From positions 7,993 through 71,992 of the forward strand of contig CANMOP010000009.1 in the NCBI GenBank assembly GCA_947499615.1: 64,000 bases of DNA. Direction: 5' to 3'. The stretch is from Chloroflexota bacterium. GTDB lineage: Bacteria; Chloroflexota; Dehalococcoidia; UBA2979. Under the pieces are notes generated by a model. That model made no database searches. It saw only the letters and a list, made by a program, of their open reading frames with translations, and was not told the DNA's origin. Made by a program: the position numbers and the translations under genes. Below are positions 10,663 to 18,588 of this stretch, in pieces. Each line of letters begins with the position of its first letter. Positions within the stretch are counted from its first letter, which is position 1.

Positions 10663-11771
10663 ATGCGAAGCATCAAACATCTCGCGTCGGCGACGCTGAT
10701 CGCCGCGCTCGCGCTGGGAGCAGGCACGCTGTTCCACACCGACGCTTCCGCACAGACAGCCGGGCCAACCGTGCTGGTCGGTGCGGGTGAGCCCGGATAC
10801 GCGGTCAACCTGTTCGGCGGCGACAAGCTGACGGTGAAGACCGGCACCACCGTGACCTTCAAGTCCAACTGACTGGAGCCGCCACGGTCACCTTCACCGC
10901 GGGAGGGCCAGCCCCGGCCCCGAGTGACCCGAAGGCTCCGGTTCCGTCCAACCCCGGCGTCGCGGTGAATCCGTACGACGGCACGACCTACCTCAGCTCA
11001 GGCTTCATCGTGCAGGGCACTCCGAACGCGAACTTCCAGGTGAACTTCCCGAAGGCTGGCTCGTTCCCGTTCCTGTGCATCATCCACCCCGGCATGGCCG
11101 GCACCGTGACGGTCTCCGACACCGCCACACCGACATCGCAGGCCGACATCGATGCTGCCGCGCAAGCGGCCTTCAGCGCCGCCACGCCAGCGTTGAAAGC
11201 AGAGGCCGCCAAGCTCGCGCAGATTCCGGTGACCCAGCGCGCGAATGTCGACGGTTCCACGACCTGAAAGATCAACACCGTCGGCGGCTTTGTGCCGCCG
11301 TCCGATGTGCAGCAGTTCTTCCCGCCCTCCATGAACGTTCGGGTGGGCGATACGGTCACCTGGCGCTCGTCCGTGCCGACGCCGCACACCGTGAGCTTCC
11401 TCGGCGGCACCCCGCTCATCGTCCCACCGAGCCTGGAGAACCCGAAGATCTTCGCACCCACGCCGGCCCCCGCAGCCGGGTATGACGGTGTGGGGTACGT
11501 GAACTCCGGTGTCATGGGTGTCGGCTTCCCCGGTCAGGGCTTCTCCGTGAATTTCTCCCGCGCGGGGACGTTCGGCTACGTGTGCATCCTGCACATCAGC
11601 CAGGGTATGGGCGGCACGATCAACGTGGCTGCGGCCGCGCCGGCACCGCCCAAGACCGGCTCCGGTGCGGCGAGCAACCCCGCGACCTCCATGGCACTCG
11701 TGGGCGTGCTCGCGGTGCTCGCACTCGCCACGGTTGGCGGTGCACGATTGGCCTCCCGCCGGGCGCGCTAA
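10663..11771 (+). pseudogene. Two-domain type-1 copper (cupredoxin) surface protein with signal peptide and C-terminal sorting signal; reading frame broken three times
   Basis: Three ORF pieces join into one protein: 10663-10872, 10965-11267 and 11292-11771.
- Signal peptide: MRSIKHLASATLIAALALGAG.
- Two paralogous domains with Cu-ligand patterns: HTV..F, FLCIIHPGM and YVCILHISQGM.
- Tail: PPKTGSG, then a hydrophobic stretch, then RRAR.
- Breaks: TGA at 10870-10872, a frame change near 10880, and an in-frame TGA at 11265-11267.
- The ATG at 10663 is preceded by a purine-rich GAGAGAGAGGGA. Confidence 0.75.
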
Positions 11772-11797
11772 CCTCGACGCAGCGCTCTGGACTCAGC

Positions 11798-11828
11798 AGA
11801 GAGGCCCGGCGGATCGCCGGGCCTCTCT
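11798..11828 (+). terminator. Hairpin terminator candidate downstream of the first cupredoxin gene
   Basis: A perfect 14-bp stem (AGAGAGGCCCGGCG / CGCCGGGCCTCTCT) with a 3-nt loop, starting 27 nt after the stop. There is no clear U-tract, which is common in high-GC genomes. Confidence 0.55.
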
Positions 11829-11941
11829 CGTATCCGATCCCCGCTCGCGACCGCGTGGCCAACCGATAAATGCGCAAGTCGCGCCACGCTCATACTGTGT
11901 GGCGAGGGTGTCGACGCCCACAGCGCGAGGGAGATGCAGCA

Positions 11942-12646
11942 ATGACGAACCGCTTGTCGATTGCGTTCGGGGTACTGGTCGCGGTGCTGGTTGCCGCACT
12001 GGGAACGTTCGCGGTTACTCCATCGCCAGTGGCTGCCCAGACAGCGACCGCGACCAGCACAGCCACCGCCACGCCAACGGGCACTCCCGGCCCCGCAATA
12101 AGCGGCACACTGCCGCGCAACGGCGGAACCGGACTGGGCGTGTGGACAGGCGGCCGAGTGGAGGATGTTCCCGGCGCGTCCGCAGCCCTCGGGTGCCGAC
12201 TGCTCGCGCTGTAGCTCATCAACAACGGCGAGTTCGTCGGCTTCGTCTATGGCGCGCCCGACGCGGTGAACGCGACGTTCCGTGCGACCTATCCGAGCCT
12301 CGTCCCCGCGGGCGCGGTCATCGTCGTGTGCGGCGCTGGCAGCGCTCCTGCGATCGCGGCGACCGCAACGCCGACACCCATCCCGAGCACGGCTGCGGGC
12401 GTGAAGGAGTCGATGCTCATCGTCGGCTTCATTTTCCAACGCCATTTCGAGTTGCCGGTGGGCAGCAACATCACTTGGCGAAACATTGACGGCGTCCAGC
12501 ACACGGTCACGGCGGATGACGGCAACTTCGACTCCGGAAGCATCACGCCAGGCCGGGACTTCAGCTTCACCTTCACGAAGCCCGGTACCTTCGCCTACCG
12601 CTGCACAATCCACACGTTCATGAGGGAGTCGGTGGTCATCCGCTAG
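11942..12646 (+). pseudogene. Exported protein with C-terminal cupredoxin domain, interrupted by an in-frame TAG
   Basis: ORFs ending at 12214 and starting at 12266 share one frame, with only TAG 12212-12214 between them. The N-terminus is a TM or signal segment (MTNRLSIAFGVLVAVLVAALGTF), followed by T/A/P linkers. The C-terminus carries a copper-site pattern (ITWRNIDGVQHTVT...YRCTIHTFM). GAGGGAG lies upstream of the ATG at 11942. Confidence 0.7.
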
Positions 12647-12701
12647 TGCGGCCGATACGCCGTGTCCGAGGTGGCTCGCGACTCGGCGCGCCTGTACGCT
12701 G

Positions 12702-13925
12702 GTGCACGTGACCACTACTTCGCGGCCCGCACTCGCGCTTTATTTGCACATCCCGTTCTGCACGGCGAAGTGCGGATATTGCGACTTCAACTCCTACGCC
12801 GGGCTCGACCATCTGGTGCCCGAGTACACGCCCGCGCTGGTGCGCGAGTTGGAGCTCTGGGCGCCGGCTGCCCGCGAGTTCGAGGTGCGCACCGTCTTCT
12901 TCGGTGGCGGCACGCCCAGCCTCAGCTCGCTGGACGACCTCGCCACGATCGCGGAGGCGGTGCGTGCCAACTACACCGTCGCCGATGACACCGAATGGTC
13001 GCTGGAGGCGAATCCCGGCGAACTCACGCTCGAACACCTGCAGGGGATGCGCGCCCTCGGCATCAACCGGCTCTCCATCGGTGTGCAGTCGTTGCACGAC
13101 GACGAGCTGAAAATGCTGGATCGCATCCACACCGCCGACCGCGCGATCGAGGCGATCGAGGCAGCGCGCACTGCGGGCTTCGACAACCTCAACATCGACC
13201 TGATCTTCGGGCTGATCGACCAGCCACTCGCCCGTTGGCAGCAGACGCTGGAGCGCGCGCTCGCGCTGCGCCCGGAGCACCTGTCCTGCTACGCACTCAC
13301 CGTGGAGCCCGGCACCGCGCTCTACTACCAAGTGGCGAAGGGCATCCTGCAGGCCCCGGATGGCGACATCGTCGCGGACCAGTACGACTGGACGCGAGAG
13401 CGGCTGGCGGCCGCCGGATACCACCAGTACGAGATATCCAACTGGGCGCTGCCGGGACGAGAGTGCCGCCACAACCTGGTCTACTGGCGTGCCGACCCGT
13501 ACCTCGGGATCGGGGCGGGCGCGCACTCGTTCTTCGCCGGGCAGCGCTTCGCGAACGTCGACGCGCCGAACAAGTACGTCGAGCTCGTGAACGCCACCGC
13601 CGAGGAGCGCCGCACCACGGGGCGCGCCACCATGCAGCAAATCAAGGGCGGCGAGCACCCCGACGAGGCAACGCTACGCTCCGATGCCATGATCCTCGGG
13701 TTACGGCTGATCGAGGGCGTGGACGCTGTCGAGTTCGCCTCGCGCTTCGGCTGTACGGTGGAGGATGTCTTCGGTCCCGCCGTGGCGAAGCACATCGGCT
13801 ACGGGTTGCTGGAGTGGGCCGACGGCCGGCTGCGCCTCACCGAGCGCGGCCTGCTGCTCTCCAATGAAGTCTTCATCGACTTGCTCCCCGACCGGGAGAC
13901 GGAGCCAGCGCCCACCGAGGCCTGA
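12702..13925 (+). CDS. hemW: Radical SAM family heme chaperone HemW / oxygen-independent coproporphyrinogen III oxidase-like protein
   Basis: 407-aa ORF with a GTG start and a radical-SAM cluster motif (LHIPFCTAKCGYCDFNSY). It has a HemN-like body and C-terminal domain. Confidence 0.9.
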   Translation: MHVTTTSRPALALYLHIPFCTAKCGYCDFNSYAGLDHLVPEYTPALVRELELWAPAAREFEVRTVFFGGGTPSLSSLDDLATIAEAVRANYTVADDTEWSLEANPGELTLEHLQGMRALGINRLSIGVQSLHDDELKMLDRIHTADRAIEAIEAARTAGFDNLNIDLIFGLIDQPLARWQQTLERALALRPEHLSCYALTVEPGTALYYQVAKGILQAPDGDIVADQYDWTRERLAAAGYHQYEISNWALPGRECRHNLVYWRADPYLGIGAGAHSFFAGQRFANVDAPNKYVELVNATAEERRTTGRATMQQIKGGEHPDEATLRSDAMILGLRLIEGVDAVEFASRFGCTVEDVFGPAVAKHIGYGLLEWADGRLRLTERGLLLSNEVFIDLLPDRETEPAPTEA

Positions 13926-13940
13926 GCCGGTCCGAGAGAG

Positions 13941-14050
13941 CCCTCACCCCCAGCCCCTCTCCCCGAGGACGGGGCGAGGGGAGCAAGACCGCTCCGCCCC
14001 TTCCCGGTTCTTACCCCCTCCCCCTTCGCGGGGGAGGGCTGGGGTGGGGG
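13941..14050. repeat. GC-rich nested-palindrome intergenic repeat, full (two-arm) copy
   Basis: The left arm is CCCTCACCCCCAGCCCCTCTCCCC followed by GGGGCGAGGGG. The right arm (GGGGGAGGGCTGGGGTGGGGG) is its inverted counterpart. The copy lies between convergent hemW and the deacetylase gene. Related copies sit at 44301, 58981 and 63677. Confidence 0.8.
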
Positions 14051-14079
14051 CCTCCCACGCCGCCCCGTACTACAGCGTC

Positions 14080-15108
14080 CTAGTCCAGCCCGATCGCCCG
14101 CCGCACCGCACCGATCACCATCGAGGGATCCGGCCCGGCCGGTGGCGTCGCCGGCTGTGGGTCGGGCGTCGGCGTCTCGCCCAGCAGCAACTGCACGAGG
14201 TTGCTCGCGCACCAGGCGAGGGCGTGCGTGTCGTAGCCGCCCTCCAGTGCCACGACGATGCGGCCCTCGCACAGCCGACGCGCGGCATCGATCACCAGTT
14301 CCGCAACGCGTGTGTACCCGGCAGTGGAGACGTTCAGCGTGCCCAACGGATCGTTGGCGTGGGCGTCCCAACCAGAGGAGACCAGCACCAACTGAGGCCG
14401 ATGCCGCTCCAGTGCCGGGACAACGACCTGCTCGTACACGGCGACAAAGCCTCGGTCGGCGGTGCCGTGCTGCAGCGGGATGTTCACCTTCGTGCCGGCC
14501 GCTGCGCCGCTGCCGATCTCATGCACACCGCCGGTGCCGGGGTAGAACGGCGCGGCGTGCGTGCTGACGTACAGCACGCGTGGATCGGCCTCGAAGATCG
14601 CCTGTGTGCCGTTGCCGTGGTGGATGTCCCAATCGACGATCGCGATGCGTTCGAGGCCGGAACGCAGCGCGGCCGCGGCGGCCACCGCGACGTTGTTGTA
14701 CAGGCAAAACCCCATCGAGTTCACGACGGTAGCGTGGTGCCCCGGCGGGCGCACCGCCACGAACGCACTTTGCACCTCACCGCGCAGTACCGCCTCCGTC
14801 GCCACAATCGACGCGCCGGCCGCGCGACGCGCAATGGCGGGCGATTCCGGTGTGACGTAGGTATCGGAGTCGATCCAGCTCACACCCGGTACAGCGTGTC
14901 GTGCGACCTCGTCCAGCACCGCCTGCTGGTGCACGGCGAGCAACTCGGCGTCGGTCGCCGCTCGCGGCTCGAGCTCGGTCATGCGGGCGCGCAGTCCGGT
15001 CACCTCAAGTTGCGCGACGATCGAGGTGAGCCGTTCGGGCCGTTCCACGTGGCCCATCCGCTCGTGCGTGAGGTGCGACGGGTCGGTAACGAATCCCACA
15101 TTCAGCAT
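14080..15108 (-). CDS. Histone deacetylase-family (AcuC/HDAC-like) zinc-dependent deacetylase
   Basis: 342-aa ORF with the signature motifs RPPGHHA and DWDIHHGNGTQ. Confidence 0.9.
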   Translation of the reverse strand: MLNVGFVTDPSHLTHERMGHVERPERLTSIVAQLEVTGLRARMTELEPRAATDAELLAVHQQAVLDEVARHAVPGVSWIDSDTYVTPESPAIARRAAGASIVATEAVLRGEVQSAFVAVRPPGHHATVVNSMGFCLYNNVAVAAAAALRSGLERIAIVDWDIHHGNGTQAIFEADPRVLYVSTHAAPFYPGTGGVHEIGSGAAAGTKVNIPLQHGTADRGFVAVYEQVVVPALERHRPQLVLVSSGWDAHANDPLGTLNVSTAGYTRVAELVIDAARRLCEGRIVVALEGGYDTHALAWCASNLVQLLLGETPTPDPQPATPPAGPDPSMVIGAVRRAIGLD

Positions 15109-15226
15109 GCGTTACCTTCCGCCCGTGTTGCGCGGAACGTCAACCACATCGGCATCGCCCGAGGTCTGCCGCTGCGGGAGCACCGGCGGGACGGACAGCA
15201 CCACGGGAGCCCGGTACACTCGCCGC

Positions 15227-15748
15227 ATGGTAGAAGCACTCTCACTGCTGGCAGCGCTCGCGATCGGCTTTGGCGCGGCGGTTCAAACCTCGATGCTCGG
15301 CGCGATGGGTCGCGCCCGCGGTCCAGCCGAGGCAGCCTGGCTGTCCGTGCTCACGACTGCGTGCGGTCTCGCGGTGATCCTCGGCGCGCGCGCCTTGCGC
15401 GGGGACCCGCCGATGTTGCCCGCGCCGCTGGATCGCGCGTGGGTGTACATCGCCGCCGCGCTGGCGACCGCAGCGGGGATCGCGGTTGGGCTTCGTGGGC
15501 TCAACCCATCGTTCGCGGTGAGCGGACTGTTCGGCCTCGCGTTCATCGTGGGCGCAGCAACACTGGCACCGCGCATCGGCATCGCGCTGTTCATCAGCGC
15601 CGCGATCGCGGGGCAACTCATCGGCGCGATGACAATGGATCAGATCGGCGCGTTCGGTGCTGCGGTGCACACCGTCACGCCGATGCGGCTCGTCGGCGGG
15701 GCGCTACTGCTACTGGGCGTCGTGCTGGTGCGAGGCCTCGGCCGCTAG
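15227..15748 (+). CDS. Small DMT-superfamily membrane protein (DUF606/YdcZ-like)
   Basis: An internal ATG at 15227 in the 255-aa ORF gives a 173-aa, all-hydrophobic multi-TM protein (MVEALSLLAALAIGFGAAVQTSMLGAMG...). The part of the ORF upstream of that ATG overlaps the deacetylase gene. Confidence 0.6.
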   Translation: MVEALSLLAALAIGFGAAVQTSMLGAMGRARGPAEAAWLSVLTTACGLAVILGARALRGDPPMLPAPLDRAWVYIAAALATAAGIAVGLRGLNPSFAVSGLFGLAFIVGAATLAPRIGIALFISAAIAGQLIGAMTMDQIGAFGAAVHTVTPMRLVGGALLLLGVVLVRGLGR

Positions 15749-15757
15749 GCAGTTGTC

Positions 15758-15796
15758 CTCGCGACCGGGACCCGCCGCCCGACACCCGGTCGCGAG
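15758..15796. terminator. Bidirectional hairpin between convergent DUF606 gene and secF
   Basis: A 12-bp perfect stem (CTCGCGACCGGG / CCCGGTCGCGAG) with a 15-nt loop, lying between the stops at 15748 (+) and 15800 (-). Confidence 0.5.
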
Positions 15797-15799
15797 TCG

Positions 15800-17140
15800 T
15801 CAGCCCGCAGTCGCCTCACGCTTGCGCCGACCGGGGACCCAAGCGAAGAAGCGATCCAGCTCGCCCTCCTCCCACGCCACCAGCAGCTGTGCAGCCACCG
15901 CCACGCTGGAATACGTGCCGGAGATGATGCCGACCAGCAGCACGAGCAGGAACTCGCGGATCGACGATCCGCCGAGGAGCAGCATCGCGAGGATCGTCAG
16001 CAGCACCGTGATCGAGGTGTTCAACGAACGCCCGAGCGTCTGCACGAGCGACGCGTTCACGTTCTCAGCCAACGATGCAGCCGGCGCGAGCCGCACGTTC
16101 TCACGGATGCGGTCGAACACCACGATGGTGTCGTGCACGGAGAAGCCGATCACAGTGAGCAGACCGGTGATGAACATGAGGTTCACCTCCAGCCCAAAGA
16201 CCTTGCCGAAGAGCGAGAAGGCGCCGAGCACGATGATTACGTCGTGCAGCGTGGCGACGATGGCGCAGGTCGCGTAGCGCAACGGCCGCGGCACGGACGA
16301 GAACACCACCGCGATGTACGCCATGATGAACAGCGAGGCGACAACCACCGCCACCGAGGCGTTTCGTACCGCCGCCGCCGAGACGACCGGCGATACCGTG
16401 GTGAACTCCAGTACCTCGAACGCACCGAAGCGCTTCTCCAGCGCGGTCTCCAACTCACCACGCTCGCCGGTTTGCGTCGGTCGAGGCGTCGCAACCGCCG
16501 TGGCAGTCGCAGCAGGCGTAGCGCTCTGGGTCGGCGTCGTGACGTTCGCCGTCGGCGCCGTGTAGTCGCGAATATCTGCAGCGACAATGTAGCCGGTGAC
16601 GTTACCCGTGGCGCCGGCCGCCTGCACGCGATACACGGTGCCGCCCGGGCAATCCGTGCGCTGATCGATCACGCGAGCCTTCGTGCCCGCGGGGATGGTG
16701 CCGGCCTCGATGCCGAGGCGGCAGGGATCGCCGCCCACCACTGCGCGCAGCGCAACACTTCCGGTCTGTCCGGCCTTCCCGATGACCAGCGAGGCGGATG
16801 ACCCCGCCTCGGCGGTGGCGGTTGCAGTCGCGGTCGCGCGGGCCTCGGTGAAGGAGCCCGGCGGGACGTTCAGGTTGCGCGTGCGGATCAGGAACTCGAA
16901 CGCGCCGGTGGACTGGATGCGCGCCTCCTCATGCCCGAGGCTAGCGAACTCTGCCCGCAGGTCGTCCTGACGCACCACGCTGCCGCCGGTGAACCGGAGG
17001 TGCATCGTGGTGCCCGATGTGAATTCGATGCCCGGGCGCAGCGCCGGCGGGATCAGCAGCACCACGATCGCGATGATCGCGGTACCACCGCTGACCAGGA
17101 ACAGCCACTTACGAATCGAAATGAGGTTCAGCGTCTTCAC
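15800..17140 (-). CDS. secF: Protein translocase subunit SecF carrying an inserted periplasmic domain
   Basis: 446-aa ORF with SecF-like N-terminal TM, periplasmic and C-terminal TM bundle regions (FSVHDTIVVFDRIREN). An extra segment of about 125 aa interrupts the periplasmic domain. The ORF overlaps the secD stop. Confidence 0.93.
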   Translation of the reverse strand: MKTLNLISIRKWLFLVSGGTAIIAIVVLLIPPALRPGIEFTSGTTMHLRFTGGSVVRQDDLRAEFASLGHEEARIQSTGAFEFLIRTRNLNVPPGSFTEARATATATATAEAGSSASLVIGKAGQTGSVALRAVVGGDPCRLGIEAGTIPAGTKARVIDQRTDCPGGTVYRVQAAGATGNVTGYIVAADIRDYTAPTANVTTPTQSATPAATATAVATPRPTQTGERGELETALEKRFGAFEVLEFTTVSPVVSAAAVRNASVAVVVASLFIMAYIAVVFSSVPRPLRYATCAIVATLHDVIIVLGAFSLFGKVFGLEVNLMFITGLLTVIGFSVHDTIVVFDRIRENVRLAPAASLAENVNASLVQTLGRSLNTSITVLLTILAMLLLGGSSIREFLLVLLVGIISGTYSSVAVAAQLLVAWEEGELDRFFAWVPGRRKREATAG

Positions 17141-18588
17141 TGTTCAACTCCTGCCGGACGCACGTCGGCAGGCGGACGCATGTCAGCGCCCATCCAGTCC
17201 GCTCGCCGTGACCACCCGGTCCCGACCAGCGCCCGCATGAGCGATCGAGTCACGACGATCGCCGAGAACATGGAGACCAGCACGCCCAGCGCCAGCGTGA
17301 GCGCAAAGCCCTGCACCAGTGGCGCCTGGAAGGAGCCCAGCCACGGAATCTTCAACCCACCACCCAGGAAGTACAGGATGAAGGTGGTGATCAGCGTGCT
17401 GACGTTGGAGTCGCGAATGGATGGCCACGCGCGTCGGAAGCTCGCCTCAAGCGCGGTGGGGTAGGAACGCCCATCGCGCATCTCTTCTTTCAGGCGCTCA
17501 AACACCAACACGTTCGCGTCCACCGCCATGCCGATCGAGAGCACGAAGGCACCGATGCCGGCGAGCGTCATCGTCACCGGGATCAACTTGAACACGGCCA
17601 ACGAGAGCACGGTGTAGACGATCAGCGCGACGCACGCGAGCACGCCCGGCAGCCGGTAGTACAGCACCATGAACAGCATCACGATCAGCAGCCCGATCTC
17701 ACCGGCGAGCACGGACCGCTCGATGACATCACCGCCGAGGGTGGCGTCGACGTTTTGCTCCTGGAGCACGGTGAGCTGAACTGGCAGCGCGCCGGCGTTC
17801 AGCTGCACCACTAGGTCACGTGCGCCCACTCGGTTGCCCTGCGTGGCCAGCGGGACACCGGTGATCGTGCCGCTATCCTCGATGGTGCCCTGCACCGTTG
17901 GGTTCGCGAGCAACTGGTTGTCGAGGAAGATGCCGAGCGGCTGGCCGCGCAAGCGCTCGGTGACCTGGCGGGAGAGCTCCGGGCCGTCGCCCTGCCACTC
18001 GAAGTACACCACCGGGTTGCCGACAGAGTCGGCCGCGAGGTACGAGTTCGCCTTCAGGAATCGAGAGGTGAGCGGGGTCGGCTTCCCATCGAGGCGACCG
18101 GTTGCCTGCACCCAGTTTCCATCGGTGCCACAGGGGATCTGCGCGTCCGGGTTCGGACCGGGAGCGCGCTCGCAGAACTGGAGCAGCGCAGTGCGGCCGA
18201 GCAATGCTCGCGCCTGCTCCGGAGTGAACCCGGGCAACTGCACGGAGATCTGCGTGGCGCCCTGCCTCGTGATCTCGGCTTCTGCGACGCCCGAGGAGTC
18301 GACGCGCTTTCGCAGCACGGCGACGGAGCCTTCCATCGAGTCGGCGATGTCGCCCTCGACGCCCTCTGGGAGCGCCGCGCCCAGCAGCAGGCGCGTACCG
18401 CCCTGGAGGTCGAGCCCCAGGCGGATCTCGGCGCGCTCGAAGCTGCCGATCTTGACGCCGTGCCCCGTCGGCCAAGGAATGTACGCGGGCAGGAAGCGCC
18501 CTGGCGTCTTCGGCCAGATCACGACCAGCGCGGCCGCGGCGAGCAACAGAATCAGGAGTACCGGGACAAGCCGGCGGATGGTCGGCAT
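17137..18588 (-). CDS. secD: Protein translocase subunit SecD
   Basis: 483-aa ORF containing LGLDLQGGTRLLL and a C-terminal TM bundle (MAVDANVLVFERLKEE). Conserved yajC-secD-secF order. Confidence 0.95.
   Translation of the reverse strand: MPTIRRLVPVLLILLLAAAALVVIWPKTPGRFLPAYIPWPTGHGVKIGSFERAEIRLGLDLQGGTRLLLGAALPEGVEGDIADSMEGSVAVLRKRVDSSGVAEAEITRQGATQISVQLPGFTPEQARALLGRTALLQFCERAPGPNPDAQIPCGTDGNWVQATGRLDGKPTPLTSRFLKANSYLAADSVGNPVVYFEWQGDGPELSRQVTERLRGQPLGIFLDNQLLANPTVQGTIEDSGTITGVPLATQGNRVGARDLVVQLNAGALPVQLTVLQEQNVDATLGGDVIERSVLAGEIGLLIVMLFMVLYYRLPGVLACVALIVYTVLSLAVFKLIPVTMTLAGIGAFVLSIGMAVDANVLVFERLKEEMRDGRSYPTALEASFRRAWPSIRDSNVSTLITTFILYFLGGGLKIPWLGSFQAPLVQGFALTLALGVLVSMFSAIVVTRSLMRALVGTGWSRRADWMGADMRPPADVRPAGVEQ

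Noticed and set aside
10863-10872. Programmed -1 ribosomal frameshift at the first cupredoxin break
   Set aside because: There is no slippery X XXY YYZ heptamer at G TCC AAC T. A mutational lesion is more parsimonious, and a neighbouring reconstruction restores the copper-binding His.
11265-11267. Selenocysteine at the in-frame TGA, given the hairpin downstream
   Set aside because: I know of no Sec-containing cupredoxin context. The hairpin is short and I cannot match its loop to SECIS features. The neighbouring gene is interrupted by TAG, which Sec cannot explain. The flanking sequence fits Trp.
13941-14050. CRISPR array, given the recurring GC-rich palindromic repeats
   Set aside because: The copies are tens of kb apart rather than separated by regular short spacers. 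They occur as inverted pairs, and no cas genes are present.
13765-15927. A 720-aa ORF on the plus strand, the third-longest in the track
   Set aside because: It overlaps the well-supported deacetylase gene antisense and the DUF606 gene out of frame. It runs through the GC-rich repeat. Its Arg/Gly/Pro/His-rich composition is typical of shadow ORFs in high-GC DNA.
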